DNA of 64,000 nucleotides from Candidatus Bathyarchaeia archaeon (GTDB lineage Archaea; Thermoproteota; Bathyarchaeia; Bathyarchaeales; Bathycorpusculaceae), in NCBI GenBank assembly GCA_050012755.1, contig JBEKGO010000006.1:1-64000 (forward strand), written 5' to 3'. The notes under the pieces are model-generated. The model saw only the letters and a list, made by a program, of their open reading frames with translations. It searched no databases and had not been told where the DNA came from. Below are positions 52,241 through 62,309 of this stretch, in pieces (the stretch's first letter is position 1; every line of letters starts with the position of its first letter). A program made the position numbers and the translations under genes.

Positions 52241-52289
52241 ATAGAAGTCTAACAAGGGAAATTGCAGGTTTCGAAAAGGTGCAAAGACA

Positions 52290-53213
52290 ATGAGTATTCG
52301 AGTGGTCTTTTTGGGTACAAGCGGCAGTGTTCCAACCCTAAAACGCAGCTTGCCCTCTGTCGTTGTCCAATGCCCAAAGGAGCTGTGGATGTTTGACTGT
52401 GGCGAAAACACTCAGCGGCAGATGATGCAGGGAAAAGTCGGCTTCCACAAAAAACTAACAGTCTTCCTCACTCATCTGCACGGCGACCACGTTTTGGGTT
52501 TACCGGGGGTTTTGCAAACGATGGCTTTGATGGACCGAAAAGAACCGGTCGCCGTTTATGGTCCGTCGGGGATTAAGGATTTTCTTGTCTGTACAAAAGA
52601 AACATTGAATTTTGGTTTAACGTTTCCAGTTGAAATTAACGAGATTTTGAGTGAAGGTACAGTACTCAATGAAGAGGAGTACATGGTAACAGCCATTAGG
52701 TCCAATCACGCGGTCAACAGTTATGCTTACTCGTTAGTAGAGAAGCCGCGCCCCGGAAGGTTCTTCCCCGAAAAAGCCCAAGCACTTGGAGTTCCCAGAG
52801 GTGAATTGTGGTCGCAGCTGCAGATGGGAAAAGAGGTTGAACTTGGCGGCGGCAAGGTGGTTAAACCAAGCGACGTCATGGGACCGCTTAGGGCTGGAAG
52901 AAAAATCGTTTACACAGGAGACACTCGACCATTCAAGGAGTTTGCAAAGTTTGCTGCTGACGCAGATTTGGTTATTCATGAAAGCACATTTGACGATTCG
53001 CTTGCAGAGAAAGCAGAGTCGGATGGGCATTCAACGCCTAGCCAAGCAGCAGAAGAAGCTAAGGCAGCAGGGGCGAAACTATTGGTCTTGACTCATATTA
53101 GCGCAAGATACTCTGATGCCACTTTGCTTTTGGAACAAGCAAAAAAAGTCTTTGCGAACACATTGGCCGCTGAGGATTTTATGGAAGTCGAGTTGCCACT
53201 TAAAGAAAATTAG
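52290..53213 (+). CDS. rnz: Ribonuclease Z
   Basis: LGTSGSVP, FDCGE, THLHGDH, exosite arm, YTGDT, HEST, GHST, LTHIS. Confidence 0.96.
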   Translation: MSIRVVFLGTSGSVPTLKRSLPSVVVQCPKELWMFDCGENTQRQMMQGKVGFHKKLTVFLTHLHGDHVLGLPGVLQTMALMDRKEPVAVYGPSGIKDFLVCTKETLNFGLTFPVEINEILSEGTVLNEEEYMVTAIRSNHAVNSYAYSLVEKPRPGRFFPEKAQALGVPRGELWSQLQMGKEVELGGGKVVKPSDVMGPLRAGRKIVYTGDTRPFKEFAKFAADADLVIHESTFDDSLAEKAESDGHSTPSQAAEEAKAAGAKLLVLTHISARYSDATLLLEQAKKVFANTLAAEDFMEVELPLKEN

Positions 53214-53995
53214 GCGAGAAGCTGTTTTAGTTTTGTGATAGTTTGGGGCACGTTGGTTATTGATTCTATAATTACTGATTTGTCATAGCTTGTTTCGTTG
53301 AGCTTTTCTGCTACCCAGGTATAATCAATTTTCCCGTCGCCTATGCCGAAATGCTGATCATCTGAGCCGTCATTGTCACTTGCATGAATGTGAATAATTT
53401 TGTCAGCTAGCAGGTTGAAAAACCCTTCAATATGACCTTCCAAATTGGCATGACCAAGATCCATTGCAATGCCTACAGGCAAATTTGCTTCGCGGTAAAA
53501 ACGAGCGAATTCCTCAGGTTTACTCATAAAAAAATAATATTTCGCTGGCAAATTCTCAAGCGCAATATTTACCCCATATTCTTCCGCTGACTTGTACAGC
53601 TCTTTGATGCTTTCGATGTTTTGTTTCCAGTCAGCACCAGGATAGAATTGGCTGATGCCAGTTTTTGCGCCAGGATGAAAAACCCACACCTTCGCATCCA
53701 ACTGATTTGCATAAGCCATGGATTGCTTAAGCCGTTTCATCGAAGCGTCAAGCATAATTTTTGATGGCGAAGCAATGTTGATGTCTGCGAAAGGTGCGTG
53801 CAACGAATATTGTATGCTAAAGGATTTGGCGGTTTCCGTTAGAACGGTAACTCGGTTTTTGTTGAGCTCATGAATACCATCATCCAGAACTTCTATATAG
53901 CGAGTATTCATCGTGCCCAAACGTTTAACCATGCAGTTGAATGGTTCGCCCAGGCAATAGAGCATTGAAACACCGACTTTGGCTTTGGACATCAA
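53210..53995 (-). CDS. Sugar phosphate isomerase/epimerase (AP endonuclease 2 fold)
   Basis: LHAPFADIN, FHPG, LENLP, DLGHA, HIHASDN, DQH. Confidence 0.88.
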   Translation of the reverse strand: MMSKAKVGVSMLYCLGEPFNCMVKRLGTMNTRYIEVLDDGIHELNKNRVTVLTETAKSFSIQYSLHAPFADINIASPSKIMLDASMKRLKQSMAYANQLDAKVWVFHPGAKTGISQFYPGADWKQNIESIKELYKSAEEYGVNIALENLPAKYYFFMSKPEEFARFYREANLPVGIAMDLGHANLEGHIEGFFNLLADKIIHIHASDNDGSDDQHFGIGDGKIDYTWVAEKLNETSYDKSVIIESITNVPQTITKLKQLLA

Positions 53996-54114
53996 CAGTA
54001 CCTCTCTTGTAACTTGATGTTTTGATGGTTATGAGCTTAGAACTCACTTAATAATCTAATTGGCAAATTTGCAAAATTCAAGTTTTAAAATCTTAGCTAA
54101 GATTTTCAGTTTCT

Positions 54115-54636
54115 TTATTTGGGAAATAGCTGTCTGCCCCATTGCTGCTGAGGTCTAAATGTCTCTGGTCTAGTTGTTTTGTATTGTACCTGCCTGAGTC
54201 CAAGTGATAGTTCAGCGAATTCTTTTACGGTTTTGTATTGGAAATCCCATGTTGGGGTACCAATTCGCAAGCCACTACACATAGTATCACCATAAACGAA
54301 CAGTCGCACGTTGCCATAATCGTAGGCTGCCTGATTTGCGTCTCCATATTTAGGTTCTGAAAGCACTTTAAAGGGCCAGATTTTGCATGCTTCAGGCTTT
54401 GCGTTTTGCAGTGCACAATGATAGTTGTTTGTATCGTTCCACAAGAAAGCGCAGGAGCCGTCGTTAGTGCGTTTAATGTAGAAACGGTCTAAGCCTGCTA
54501 CAGTCGTTTCCACGCCAAAAGCTTTGGCGATTCTTAACCATTCTGGGAAGCCTAAGACTACGCTGTAGAGTTTGCAGCAGTATCCGCATGCTTTGCAATG
54601 CCAATCCGCTATGTTTTGCCATGGAACAAACTGCAT
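54115..54636 (-). CDS. YkgJ-family cysteine cluster protein
   Basis: CKACGYCC, CAFL..CAL..KPEACKIWPF. Confidence 0.88.
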   Translation of the reverse strand: MQFVPWQNIADWHCKACGYCCKLYSVVLGFPEWLRIAKAFGVETTVAGLDRFYIKRTNDGSCAFLWNDTNNYHCALQNAKPEACKIWPFKVLSEPKYGDANQAAYDYGNVRLFVYGDTMCSGLRIGTPTWDFQYKTVKEFAELSLGLRQVQYKTTRPETFRPQQQWGRQLFPK

Positions 54637-54714
54637 GTTTGCTTAACACTCATGCCTTGTCAAGAATAGAAGGGACTAAAAAATTTTTTCTAAGAAATTC
54701 TCATAAGCCACTGT

Positions 54715-54808
54715 AGAAGAAGTAGGACGCGGTGCTGCCGCGAGTTGTCCTTCTTCTTCCAGAGAAGAACAACAACCCGGTGCTAACAGCGACTGTTGCT
54801 GTTCTTCT
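54715..54808 (-). ncRNA. Tandem homologous RNA hairpins (unknown element)
   Basis: Two AGAAGAA...TTCTTCT stems with a shared loop TCGC.G..AGCACCG on the minus strand. Confidence 0.5.
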
Positions 54809-54844
54809 ACCACAAATTGACTCGACACAAAGCGATTCAAAAAA

Positions 54845-55321
54845 CTATGGTTTTCGATAGAGGTAGATTGTGTGGGAAGGATAACCGAGCTGTGGGTTTT
54901 CACAAAAATTCTCAACTTTCTCGGGGCGCCAACCGATAATTTCATAGTCATGGGAGACGACGCGTGCGCCTCTTTTTAGGTCGCTGTCAAGTTTTGGCCT
55001 GATTTTTTCGTTTGCACTGGTTGTCAAGTAGAGGTAGACTACATCTGCTGAAGTTAAATTCACGTTAAACATGTCACCATTCACGATGGTCACTCTATCT
55101 TCCAGATTGTTCTCGTGAATGTTAGCCAACGCTTTTTTCGCTAAATCTTCACGCAACTCGATGCCCACGCCTCTTGCGCCAAAGGTCTTTGCAGCCATAA
55201 TTACCGTTCTGCCATCTCCAGAACCCATGTCGAACAGGACTTCTCCAGCTTTCAACCCACTAAGTTTTAACATGTACTCTACAACTGTGTTTGGACTTGG
55301 AACGAAAGGAGCAATAAACAT
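54845..55321 (-). CDS. Protein lysine methyltransferase, aKMT/FAM173-like
   Basis: PFVPSP..VVEYML, DMGSGDGR, VYLYL...NEKIRPKL..GARVVSHDY. Confidence 0.85.
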   Translation of the reverse strand: MFIAPFVPSPNTVVEYMLKLSGLKAGEVLFDMGSGDGRTVIMAAKTFGARGVGIELREDLAKKALANIHENNLEDRVTIVNGDMFNVNLTSADVVYLYLTTSANEKIRPKLDSDLKRGARVVSHDYEIIGWRPEKVENFCENPQLGYPSHTIYLYRKP

Positions 55322-55354
55322 CTAATAATTTACCTCATCATTGATAATCATGCT

Positions 55355-55681
55355 TTATGCCACGTAAGCGTCTTTTTTCGGAATCGGTCTTCTTGCTTCG
55401 CCGCATTTTACGCAGCTTTGAGCGCATAATTCAAGGTATTTTTCTTCGTTTGCGGAGCTAACTGCTTTGGCTGCTTTGGTGCATATTTCGCTGGGTTCGG
55501 TGCATCCTTCATCTTTGCATAGATTCGAGATGTATTGGCAGATTTCTTGAACGTCTTTAGGTTCCAAAACGGCTCTGTTGGTGCGTACAATCAGGCAGAG
55601 TTCCCGCGCCATAACGCATGTTTTGACGTATTTCACTCGTTCAAGGACTTCGTCGCGTAGATTTTTTCGGCTTATTTCCAC
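55355..55681 (-). CDS. Cys-rich hypothetical protein
   Basis: 108 aa, nine Cys, helical; between lhr and aKMT. Confidence 0.7.
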   Translation of the reverse strand: MEISRKNLRDEVLERVKYVKTCVMARELCLIVRTNRAVLEPKDVQEICQYISNLCKDEGCTEPSEICTKAAKAVSSANEEKYLELCAQSCVKCGEARRPIPKKDAYVA

Positions 55682-55804
55682 TTCTTTTTAAGTCTCCTAC
55701 GGGCATCCATAAGCGGATAAGCAAAGTAAGAGGTTCTAGGTTTAAAAAGTTGCTGTTACCATTACAAAATAACCATTTTTTAAAAGAGAGCTACAGACTC
55801 ATCC

Positions 55805-58678
55805 TCAGAAACGTCTGTTTAAAGACTTACGTTCAGCTTCCATAACTAATTCGTAAAATCGGTCTGAAAGTTTGGGCTCCTTCTCCAGAACACCAGCAAT
55901 ATCTGCAGTTTGGACTCTGCGAGCGCTCAAAGCCATTGCAGCTGCTTTCCCATACTTTTCAATTAACTCAGCAGTACGTTTAGCCTGCAACTGCATCTTT
56001 TCTTCATCCTTAGCCAAATGCTCTCCCTTCTTCTCAATCAACGGCATAGTCTTCTCCTCATCTACCTTCAACAAGCCAATTGCAAAAGACCCGCATCTGG
56101 GACATTTTGGTCTATCGGGCAAATCTTTTATGCGGATTATTTCCATGTAATCCCAACAGTTTGTGCAAACAAAATTGTCTGATTCATTTAGCAATCGTGC
56201 TTTAGCTGCTGCAACAAGTACAGCGCGCATTTTCTCAGGAGGAATCAGGTCGGTTTTCATGCTGACTCGCTCAATTCCCACTCGAGCAATAGGAGTCGCG
56301 TCTCCGCCAGTTTCAACCACTTGGAAACCTATGTCGCCGTTACGAATCCGTTTGAGCACCATGATTAACCCGTCTGCATCAAGGTCTCTGGTGAAAACCT
56401 CTTTCAAGCCCTCCTCATAAATGGGGGTACCTTCAAAACTTGAAATAAGCTTCTGTATGCTTACATTGCTGAAGTCAGCCCACTTCTTTAATGCACCAAA
56501 ACGTCTCGCTACCTGTATTACGCGGCGTTTGAATAATCCAGTCTTCACAGTTGACCTAGTCAACGTGCCCCTAGCTGTTTCTGTGCTAATGTCTTTTAAT
56601 TCGTTAAGAACTTCAACTACGCGTTCAGCGTTCATGCTGCCCATCGTCTGCAAGAAGATGCGGTAAGGATCATGTTGAACCACCATACCATGCCCAAGCT
56701 TGTCAGACAAAACTTCTCCGAGAAACTGAGCTAGAGCACGGTTGATTAGTGAACCAAAATTAGAGTGAATAATAACGAATTCGCCCCAATCCTCAACGAT
56801 GATGCGTTTAGGTGTGGGAACTGCATAGCCTGCGTTTACTTGCTCAACTGTTTCGGCTATTGCATGTAGAATTGTTTTGGCGTCGGCGGAATAGCGATGA
56901 GAAAGCAGAGCACTAACTTCTTCCGGCGATATGCCGCTACGCATTTTTTCTTCAACAAATCCGCGTATCTCCGCCAATTCCTGCGCTATGTCGTATGGTA
57001 CTGGAATTTCCTCTCCTATCCAACTGGGAATTGAACCTGTTGGGTCGTCAACTGGGCGCACGTACACTTTGTCTTCGGTGGCATGGATTATTTGCCATGG
57101 GCTGCCTCGTATGATGAATTTTGTTCCCGGTTTGCCGTACTCTGCCATAAATGCTTCATCTAAGACGCCGATTGAAGTGTCAGTTGACTCGTCTATGACT
57201 AGGAACTGTTTTTCCACAGGAATCATTGATAAATTATCGAAATAATATTCAAAAAGGGCTTTTGATCGCTGAGGCTTCAGAGCTACTTGGTCTTCAAAAG
57301 AAACCCATGCTAAGCGTGGAAAACGTTCATGCATATATTTGAAAGCTTTTTCAATGTCGTCTATTGTCAAGTTTTCGTATGGCGCGGCTTTTCGGGCTAT
57401 CTCTAAAACATCAGTAAATTCAAGCCGTCTGTTCTTCAGCATTAACCCAGCGATTTGATGGACTAAGACATCGTATGGTTTGTCTGGAATTCTAAGGGGT
57501 TCCAACTCTTCATTGAGGGCTCTGCGGGCGATAACCAAGGCTTCAAGCGTATCATCAGAATCCATCCCGATTATTACTCCTTCAGCAACGTCGCCGTAGG
57601 TGTGACCCGCCCGCCCCACGCGTTGAATCAACCTAGTTACCTGCCTTGGACTCATATATTGAATAACAAGATCTATTCTTCCAACATCTATTCCCAATTC
57701 AAGGCTGCTGGTAGCGATTAAACCCTTCAGGTCTCCACGTTTTAATCCTGTTTCCGCAGCTATCCTTGAAACCTTAGCCAGCGAACCATGATGAATCGAA
57801 ATTGGAAAATCAATATCCCACACCTTAAACCTGGAAGTTAGAACTTCCGAGATGGAACGAGTGTTTGTAAAAAGCAGAACGGATTTTCGCTTATCCATAT
57901 AATCGCGAATAATACGTAGTCTAGCCGCAACTTCTGGATGCGTGTAAATTTTCGCCGCAAACCTAACATCATCATCAGTCGGCTTAGGATAAATTACTTG
58001 AAGCTTCACCATTTTAGCAACTGGAACACGGATAATTTCGACTGGACGGTTGTTGCCGACTAGGAACTGGGCAACTTTTTCCGGGCTGCCAATTGTGGCT
58101 GATAGACCGATCATTTGGAAATCTTTGCCGCTTAAGCTTCTGATACGCTCCAACGCCAAAGAAAGCTGGCTTCCGCGTTTGCTATCAGCCAACTCGTGGA
58201 CTTCATCAATAACTATCCAACGCAAACTTTGCAGATGCTGACGCAAAACCCAGCCCGAAAGTATGGCTTGCAGGGTTTCTGGCGTAGTTATCAAAATATC
58301 AGGCGGGCTGCGTGATTGACGTGTTCTTTCTTTGGTTTCAGTATCACCATGCCTTACAGCAAGTTTTATGTCTAAGCTGTTGCACCACCATTGAAGCCGA
58401 TCTAGCAAATCCCTATTCAAAGCTCGTAACGGTGTAATGTAGAGGACTTTGATGCCCGGCGTTTTTGGTTCTTTAAGAAGCATGCTCAATACTGGTAGGA
58501 ATGCAGCTTCTGTTTTGCCCGTTGCGGTTGGTGAAATTAAGAGGACGTTTTTGCCGTCGAGGATTTTTGGGATTGTCTTTTCTTGAGGCTCGGTTGGTTT
58601 GGAAAATCCTTTCTGCTCAACGAGCCGTCTAACCGGTTTGACAAGCATGTCAAAAGCGTTTTCAGAAGTTGCTTGCAC
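55805..58678 (-). CDS. lhr: Lhr-like SF2 helicase with C-terminal zinc finger
   Basis: PTATGKT, TPLRAL, DEVH, SAT, LELGID, QRVGRAGH; CTNC..CPRC. Confidence 0.92.
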   Translation of the reverse strand: MQATSENAFDMLVKPVRRLVEQKGFSKPTEPQEKTIPKILDGKNVLLISPTATGKTEAAFLPVLSMLLKEPKTPGIKVLYITPLRALNRDLLDRLQWWCNSLDIKLAVRHGDTETKERTRQSRSPPDILITTPETLQAILSGWVLRQHLQSLRWIVIDEVHELADSKRGSQLSLALERIRSLSGKDFQMIGLSATIGSPEKVAQFLVGNNRPVEIIRVPVAKMVKLQVIYPKPTDDDVRFAAKIYTHPEVAARLRIIRDYMDKRKSVLLFTNTRSISEVLTSRFKVWDIDFPISIHHGSLAKVSRIAAETGLKRGDLKGLIATSSLELGIDVGRIDLVIQYMSPRQVTRLIQRVGRAGHTYGDVAEGVIIGMDSDDTLEALVIARRALNEELEPLRIPDKPYDVLVHQIAGLMLKNRRLEFTDVLEIARKAAPYENLTIDDIEKAFKYMHERFPRLAWVSFEDQVALKPQRSKALFEYYFDNLSMIPVEKQFLVIDESTDTSIGVLDEAFMAEYGKPGTKFIIRGSPWQIIHATEDKVYVRPVDDPTGSIPSWIGEEIPVPYDIAQELAEIRGFVEEKMRSGISPEEVSALLSHRYSADAKTILHAIAETVEQVNAGYAVPTPKRIIVEDWGEFVIIHSNFGSLINRALAQFLGEVLSDKLGHGMVVQHDPYRIFLQTMGSMNAERVVEVLNELKDISTETARGTLTRSTVKTGLFKRRVIQVARRFGALKKWADFSNVSIQKLISSFEGTPIYEEGLKEVFTRDLDADGLIMVLKRIRNGDIGFQVVETGGDATPIARVGIERVSMKTDLIPPEKMRAVLVAAAKARLLNESDNFVCTNCWDYMEIIRIKDLPDRPKCPRCGSFAIGLLKVDEEKTMPLIEKKGEHLAKDEEKMQLQAKRTAELIEKYGKAAAMALSARRVQTADIAGVLEKEPKLSDRFYELVMEAERKSLNRRF

Positions 58679-58992
58679 TATAAGGTAAACCCTCGAATAG
58701 GTTAAGCAGAGGTTCTGATATAAAAAATGTTATGGGAGATTTAATAGAAATTCAGGGTTCTTTATCGTGTCTCAATTTCATGATCAACGGCTTGCTTAAT
58801 TGTTGCTGTTTTGGCTAATATTCAAGCGCTAGCTTCAACGCTTTCAACCATTTCGTTTAAATGCTTACAACTACTTTGACAAAAATTTGTATAAATATGA
58901 TGTTGAAACAAAAAATATCGATTTGAAAGCTATGGAAAGTTTTTTATTCTATAATGATAAAGCATGGAATTAGCAATACGGAGGAAATTTGA

Positions 58993-59163
58993 ATGGCTAA
59001 ATGTCCAAAATGCGGAACTGAAGTTGCAAAAACAAAAAAGACGTGGAAAATGGCCGGTCGTCCAGATAAAGCTGGAAAACGTATGCAGCTAGAAATCGGA
59101 TTGTACGAATGCCCAAAATGCGGTCATGTATTCCGCGAAGTACTAAGTAAAAAGAAAATTTAA
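58993..59163 (+). CDS. Cren7-like chromatin protein with zinc-ribbon cysteines (not in ORF track)
   Basis: GGAGG RBS; MAKCPKCGTEVAKTKKTWKMAGRPDKAGKRMQLEIGLYECPKCGHVFREVLSKKKI* (K.W...IGLY..P..G..FR pattern). Confidence 0.8.
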   Translation: MAKCPKCGTEVAKTKKTWKMAGRPDKAGKRMQLEIGLYECPKCGHVFREVLSKKKI

Positions 59164-59290
59164 TTAGTTGCAACCAGAAATTAACTGATTGCAGCATCGT
59201 CCCTCTTTTATTTTTTCTTTATTTCTTAAGCAAGTTTTAAAACATAGTAAGCCTTTATGAAGTGGAATACTTCGTTGCAGAGGCAAAAGC

Positions 59291-60004
59291 TTGATAGCTA
59301 TAAGAAAGTTGTGGAAGAACGATTATTTCAAAACCATAGTCGCAATTGTTTTGATTATCGGGATAGTTCTCGTCTTTTTCTTTGGCTTGCAACTAGGGCT
59401 TAAGACGTCTTTTCCATTGTTGACAGTGGAAAGCGGCAGCATGAGTATTCCTTATGATTCTATGGAAATGCCTAATTGGCAGGGCTTCTTGTTAAGCATA
59501 AATCACCCGTTTGATCGAACCCTAAGTGTAGGCGATATCATAATTATCCAAGGCGTAAACACGAAAGACCTAAACACCAACTACCCAAACAGCGACATAA
59601 TCGTATTCCACAGTCCAATAACTGGCGAATTAATCGTTCACCGCATAATTTCCTCAGAAACGGTCAACGGTACAACATATTACCAGACCAAGGGTGACGG
59701 AAACGGAAACCCGTGGCCTCAACCTCCAGTGATAGGTCAGGGAACTGACCCGTGGGACTACAACAACCCACCTGGAGTCCCGCAAAACCTAGTGATCGGC
59801 AAAGTGATTATGCGAATTCCATGGTTCGGATGGATAACACTTTTCATGAGAAGTAATTCTTTGGGTTTACCAATAATAATTGGCATCATACTGTTGCTTG
59901 TGATTCTTGAATTTGTGATTCCTATGATAAGAGGCAACAACAAAAAAAGTAAAGAACAGAACAACATGCAGCCGCCGCCACCCATGGTACAGATGTCTTT
60001 ATAA
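59291..60004 (+). CDS. Signal peptidase I (archaeal/Sec11-type)
   Basis: VESGSM, GDIII, IVHRI, TKGDGN. Confidence 0.92.
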   Translation: MIAIRKLWKNDYFKTIVAIVLIIGIVLVFFFGLQLGLKTSFPLLTVESGSMSIPYDSMEMPNWQGFLLSINHPFDRTLSVGDIIIIQGVNTKDLNTNYPNSDIIVFHSPITGELIVHRIISSETVNGTTYYQTKGDGNGNPWPQPPVIGQGTDPWDYNNPPGVPQNLVIGKVIMRIPWFGWITLFMRSNSLGLPIIIGIILLLVILEFVIPMIRGNNKKSKEQNNMQPPPPMVQMSL

Positions 60005-60059
60005 AGAAAGCCTTTGATAAATTGATATTTAAGGGCCGGTTTAAGAAGGGGAAAATTGA

Positions 60060-60620
60060 TTGCCAAAAGTTAAAGCGATAATAAGCATCGAGAATGTGGT
60101 CGCTTCCGCCACACTCAACCAGAAAGTTGACTTAAACGCTGTGGTTAAAGGGTACCCAGCTGTAGAATATCGCCCTGAGCAATTTCCCGGCTTGGTTTTC
60201 AGGTTAAAACGCCCCAAAACAGCAACTTTGATTTTTAATTCAGGAAAAATGGTTTGCACCGGCGCTAAATCAGAAAAGGAAGCTCGCCGAGCAGTCATGA
60301 AGGTTGTAAAGGAACTTAAAAAAGGCGGAATAATAATCATCAGCAAACCCGAACTTAAAATTCAAAATATTGTTGCTTCAGGCGGGCTTGGAGGCATGAT
60401 TGATTTGGAAAAAGCCGCTTACACGCTTGAACATGCCATGTATGAGCCTGAACAGTTCCCGGGCTTGATTTACAGAATGGCGGAGCCAAAAGTTGTGGTT
60501 TTGCTTTTTGCGAGCGGAAAACTTGTTTGTACTGGAGCCAAACAAGAACAAGATGTTTACGTCGCTGTTGAAAAATTGCATACGCTCCTAGAAGAGACCA
60601 GCCTAATATTTTACGAATAA
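60060..60620 (+). CDS. tbp: TATA-box-binding protein
   Basis: Two repeats NVVAS/NIVAS, YxPEQFPGL, SGKMVCTGAK. Confidence 0.98.
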   Translation: MPKVKAIISIENVVASATLNQKVDLNAVVKGYPAVEYRPEQFPGLVFRLKRPKTATLIFNSGKMVCTGAKSEKEARRAVMKVVKELKKGGIIIISKPELKIQNIVASGGLGGMIDLEKAAYTLEHAMYEPEQFPGLIYRMAEPKVVVLLFASGKLVCTGAKQEQDVYVAVEKLHTLLEETSLIFYE

Positions 60621-60628
60621 ATTTTGTT

Positions 60629-61267
60629 TTAGTTCTTTTTTATTTGTTTCAAGATTGTTTTAAGGCTTTCTTTATCTATGGAGCCAATTTCGTAAAGTGC
60701 GTTAGCTATTTCGCTTATTTTTAGGAGTGAATGAAGTGTTACTCCGCTTTTTTCAAGTCGTTGTTTTCCTCTTTCTTCACGGTCAAGAAAAACAATTGCG
60801 TCTGTTATTACCCCGCCTTCGGCTCTCACGGCTTCCACAGTTTTTTTAAGGGAAAGCCCAGTGGTAATTAGATCATCAATTAAGAGGACTCTATCGCCCG
60901 ATGCTAAAACTCCTTCCACCCTTCTTTCTCTTCCATGCAGGCGAACACCTTTCCGCACGAAAAGGAACGGTTTTCTAAGGTTATATGCAGTTTGGGATGC
61001 AAAAATGATTCCTGTCACGGGTACTCCGGCTATCCTATCGAAATTTTTTAGTCCAACTGACTTGGTTATATATTCTGCGTAGAAATCGCAGATTTCTCTG
61101 AAAGCATCTGGAAAACTCGGTATCACTCTTAGGTCAATATAATAGGGGCTGGCTTTTCCGCTTGATAGTTTGAAAACACCAAATTTTATTGCGTCAAGTT
61201 TGAGAAGTATGTTTGCCATTTGATCCTTTTTTTCTTGGCTCGCTGTTCCTTTTTTCACTTTTTTCAC
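60629..61267 (-). CDS. pyrE: Orotate phosphoribosyltransferase
   Basis: FKLSSGKASPYYIDLR, VRKG..HG, IDDLITTG. Start placed at the GTGA overlap with the upstream gene. Confidence 0.93.
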   Translation of the reverse strand: MKKVKKGTASQEKKDQMANILLKLDAIKFGVFKLSSGKASPYYIDLRVIPSFPDAFREICDFYAEYITKSVGLKNFDRIAGVPVTGIIFASQTAYNLRKPFLFVRKGVRLHGRERRVEGVLASGDRVLLIDDLITTGLSLKKTVEAVRAEGGVITDAIVFLDREERGKQRLEKSGVTLHSLLKISEIANALYEIGSIDKESLKTILKQIKKN

Positions 61268-61953
61268 TTCCTTTTTGATAATTGATAAATCTTGTTGTGC
61301 TGTGGAATCAAGCATGCGGTTCTAGGCAATTCCTTCTTCAATATTTCAGCAAACTCTGTTTGGCTTGCCGTTGATGCTGTATGGTATGGAACAGCGACTT
61401 GAGGTTTAGTTAATCGTGCTATTTCATAGCCTGTTTGAGGTGTTAACCCTGAAGCTATTCCAACTCCGCAGAAAACCACGTCAAATTTTTCTTTTTGTCC
61501 CATAGCTGCAAGCTCTGGAAAAGGCAAACTGTCTGCGGTGTGGTAAACTTTGAGTTCGTCCTCGCTGGTTATAATGTATGTTACTGGCGCCTGTGCAGAA
61601 TGGTTGCATTTCTCTGCTTTTACGGAGACCTCGCCAATTTTTACTTCAGCACCCGGTTTGACTTCCTTAAGCTTCTCGGGTGTTATAGCATGCTGCAATT
61701 TTCTGGTTGAAGCTGCATCAGCAATAATCAAACAGTTTGTTGCTTTTTGAACCTCAATAATTAATCTTGGATCTAAATGGTCGTAGTGTTCATGGGTTAT
61801 TAAAATTGCATCAATGTCTTGGAGGCTTTTAGGTTTGACGTCAACTGGATCTATGACAAGGGTTTTAGTAGGGGTTTTCAGCAATATTCCAGCGTATTGG
61901 TTTAACCAAACAAAGAAGACAGTGTTTTTTTCGGGGATTTTCTGGATCGACAT
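61264..61953 (-). CDS. MBL-fold metallo-hydrolase
   Basis: VIDP, THEHYDH, YHTAD, VPYH. Confidence 0.9.
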   Translation of the reverse strand: MSIQKIPEKNTVFFVWLNQYAGILLKTPTKTLVIDPVDVKPKSLQDIDAILITHEHYDHLDPRLIIEVQKATNCLIIADAASTRKLQHAITPEKLKEVKPGAEVKIGEVSVKAEKCNHSAQAPVTYIITSEDELKVYHTADSLPFPELAAMGQKEKFDVVFCGVGIASGLTPQTGYEIARLTKPQVAVPYHTASTASQTEFAEILKKELPRTACLIPQHNKIYQLSKRK

Positions 61954-62309
61954 AAACTTGATTCCTCAGACTAATTATGCATTCAGCGTTTTAAAGAAGT
62001 TGTGTTATTCTGTTTGCGATAGAGGCTGTTGCTCAGAAAAAACTTTCCAAACTATGGATTTCCAACGATGCTTAAAGTGGGAAAGCAAACAGGAAACCTG
62101 TAACAACAATTATTATTAGACCGATTATGAGTAAAACTGCAATCAAAATTAAAAGTTGGGTTGGGCCGCGGGGATGACGATTTGCAAAGCTGTCAATAAT
62201 GCCGACCATAAAAAAATAAGTTTTCAGCCATATTCAACAATTTCGAGGCAGCCAAAGTCTAGAAAAACTTAGTTAAAGGTCATGTTGGTTTGACTAATAC
62301 TGATTATTC

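Noticed and set aside
51960-52260. RNase P RNA, SRP RNA or glycine riboswitch assignment for the structured region
   Set aside because: Only fragments resemble them (CCCCACAAGGAGCAAG, TGAAAC, CGCTGAAGG). The P4 GAGGAA..CC/ACAGAA..GGCTTA pair and SRP helix 8 are missing, so it is left unassigned.
54676-54951. 91-aa ORF overlapping the aKMT end
   Set aside because: It overlaps a real gene, and its sequence is better explained by the tandem hairpins.
62155-62210. C/D-box-like sRNA (ATGACGA...CCGA with terminal stem)
   Set aside because: Boxes are degenerate and the guide segments too short to support a call.
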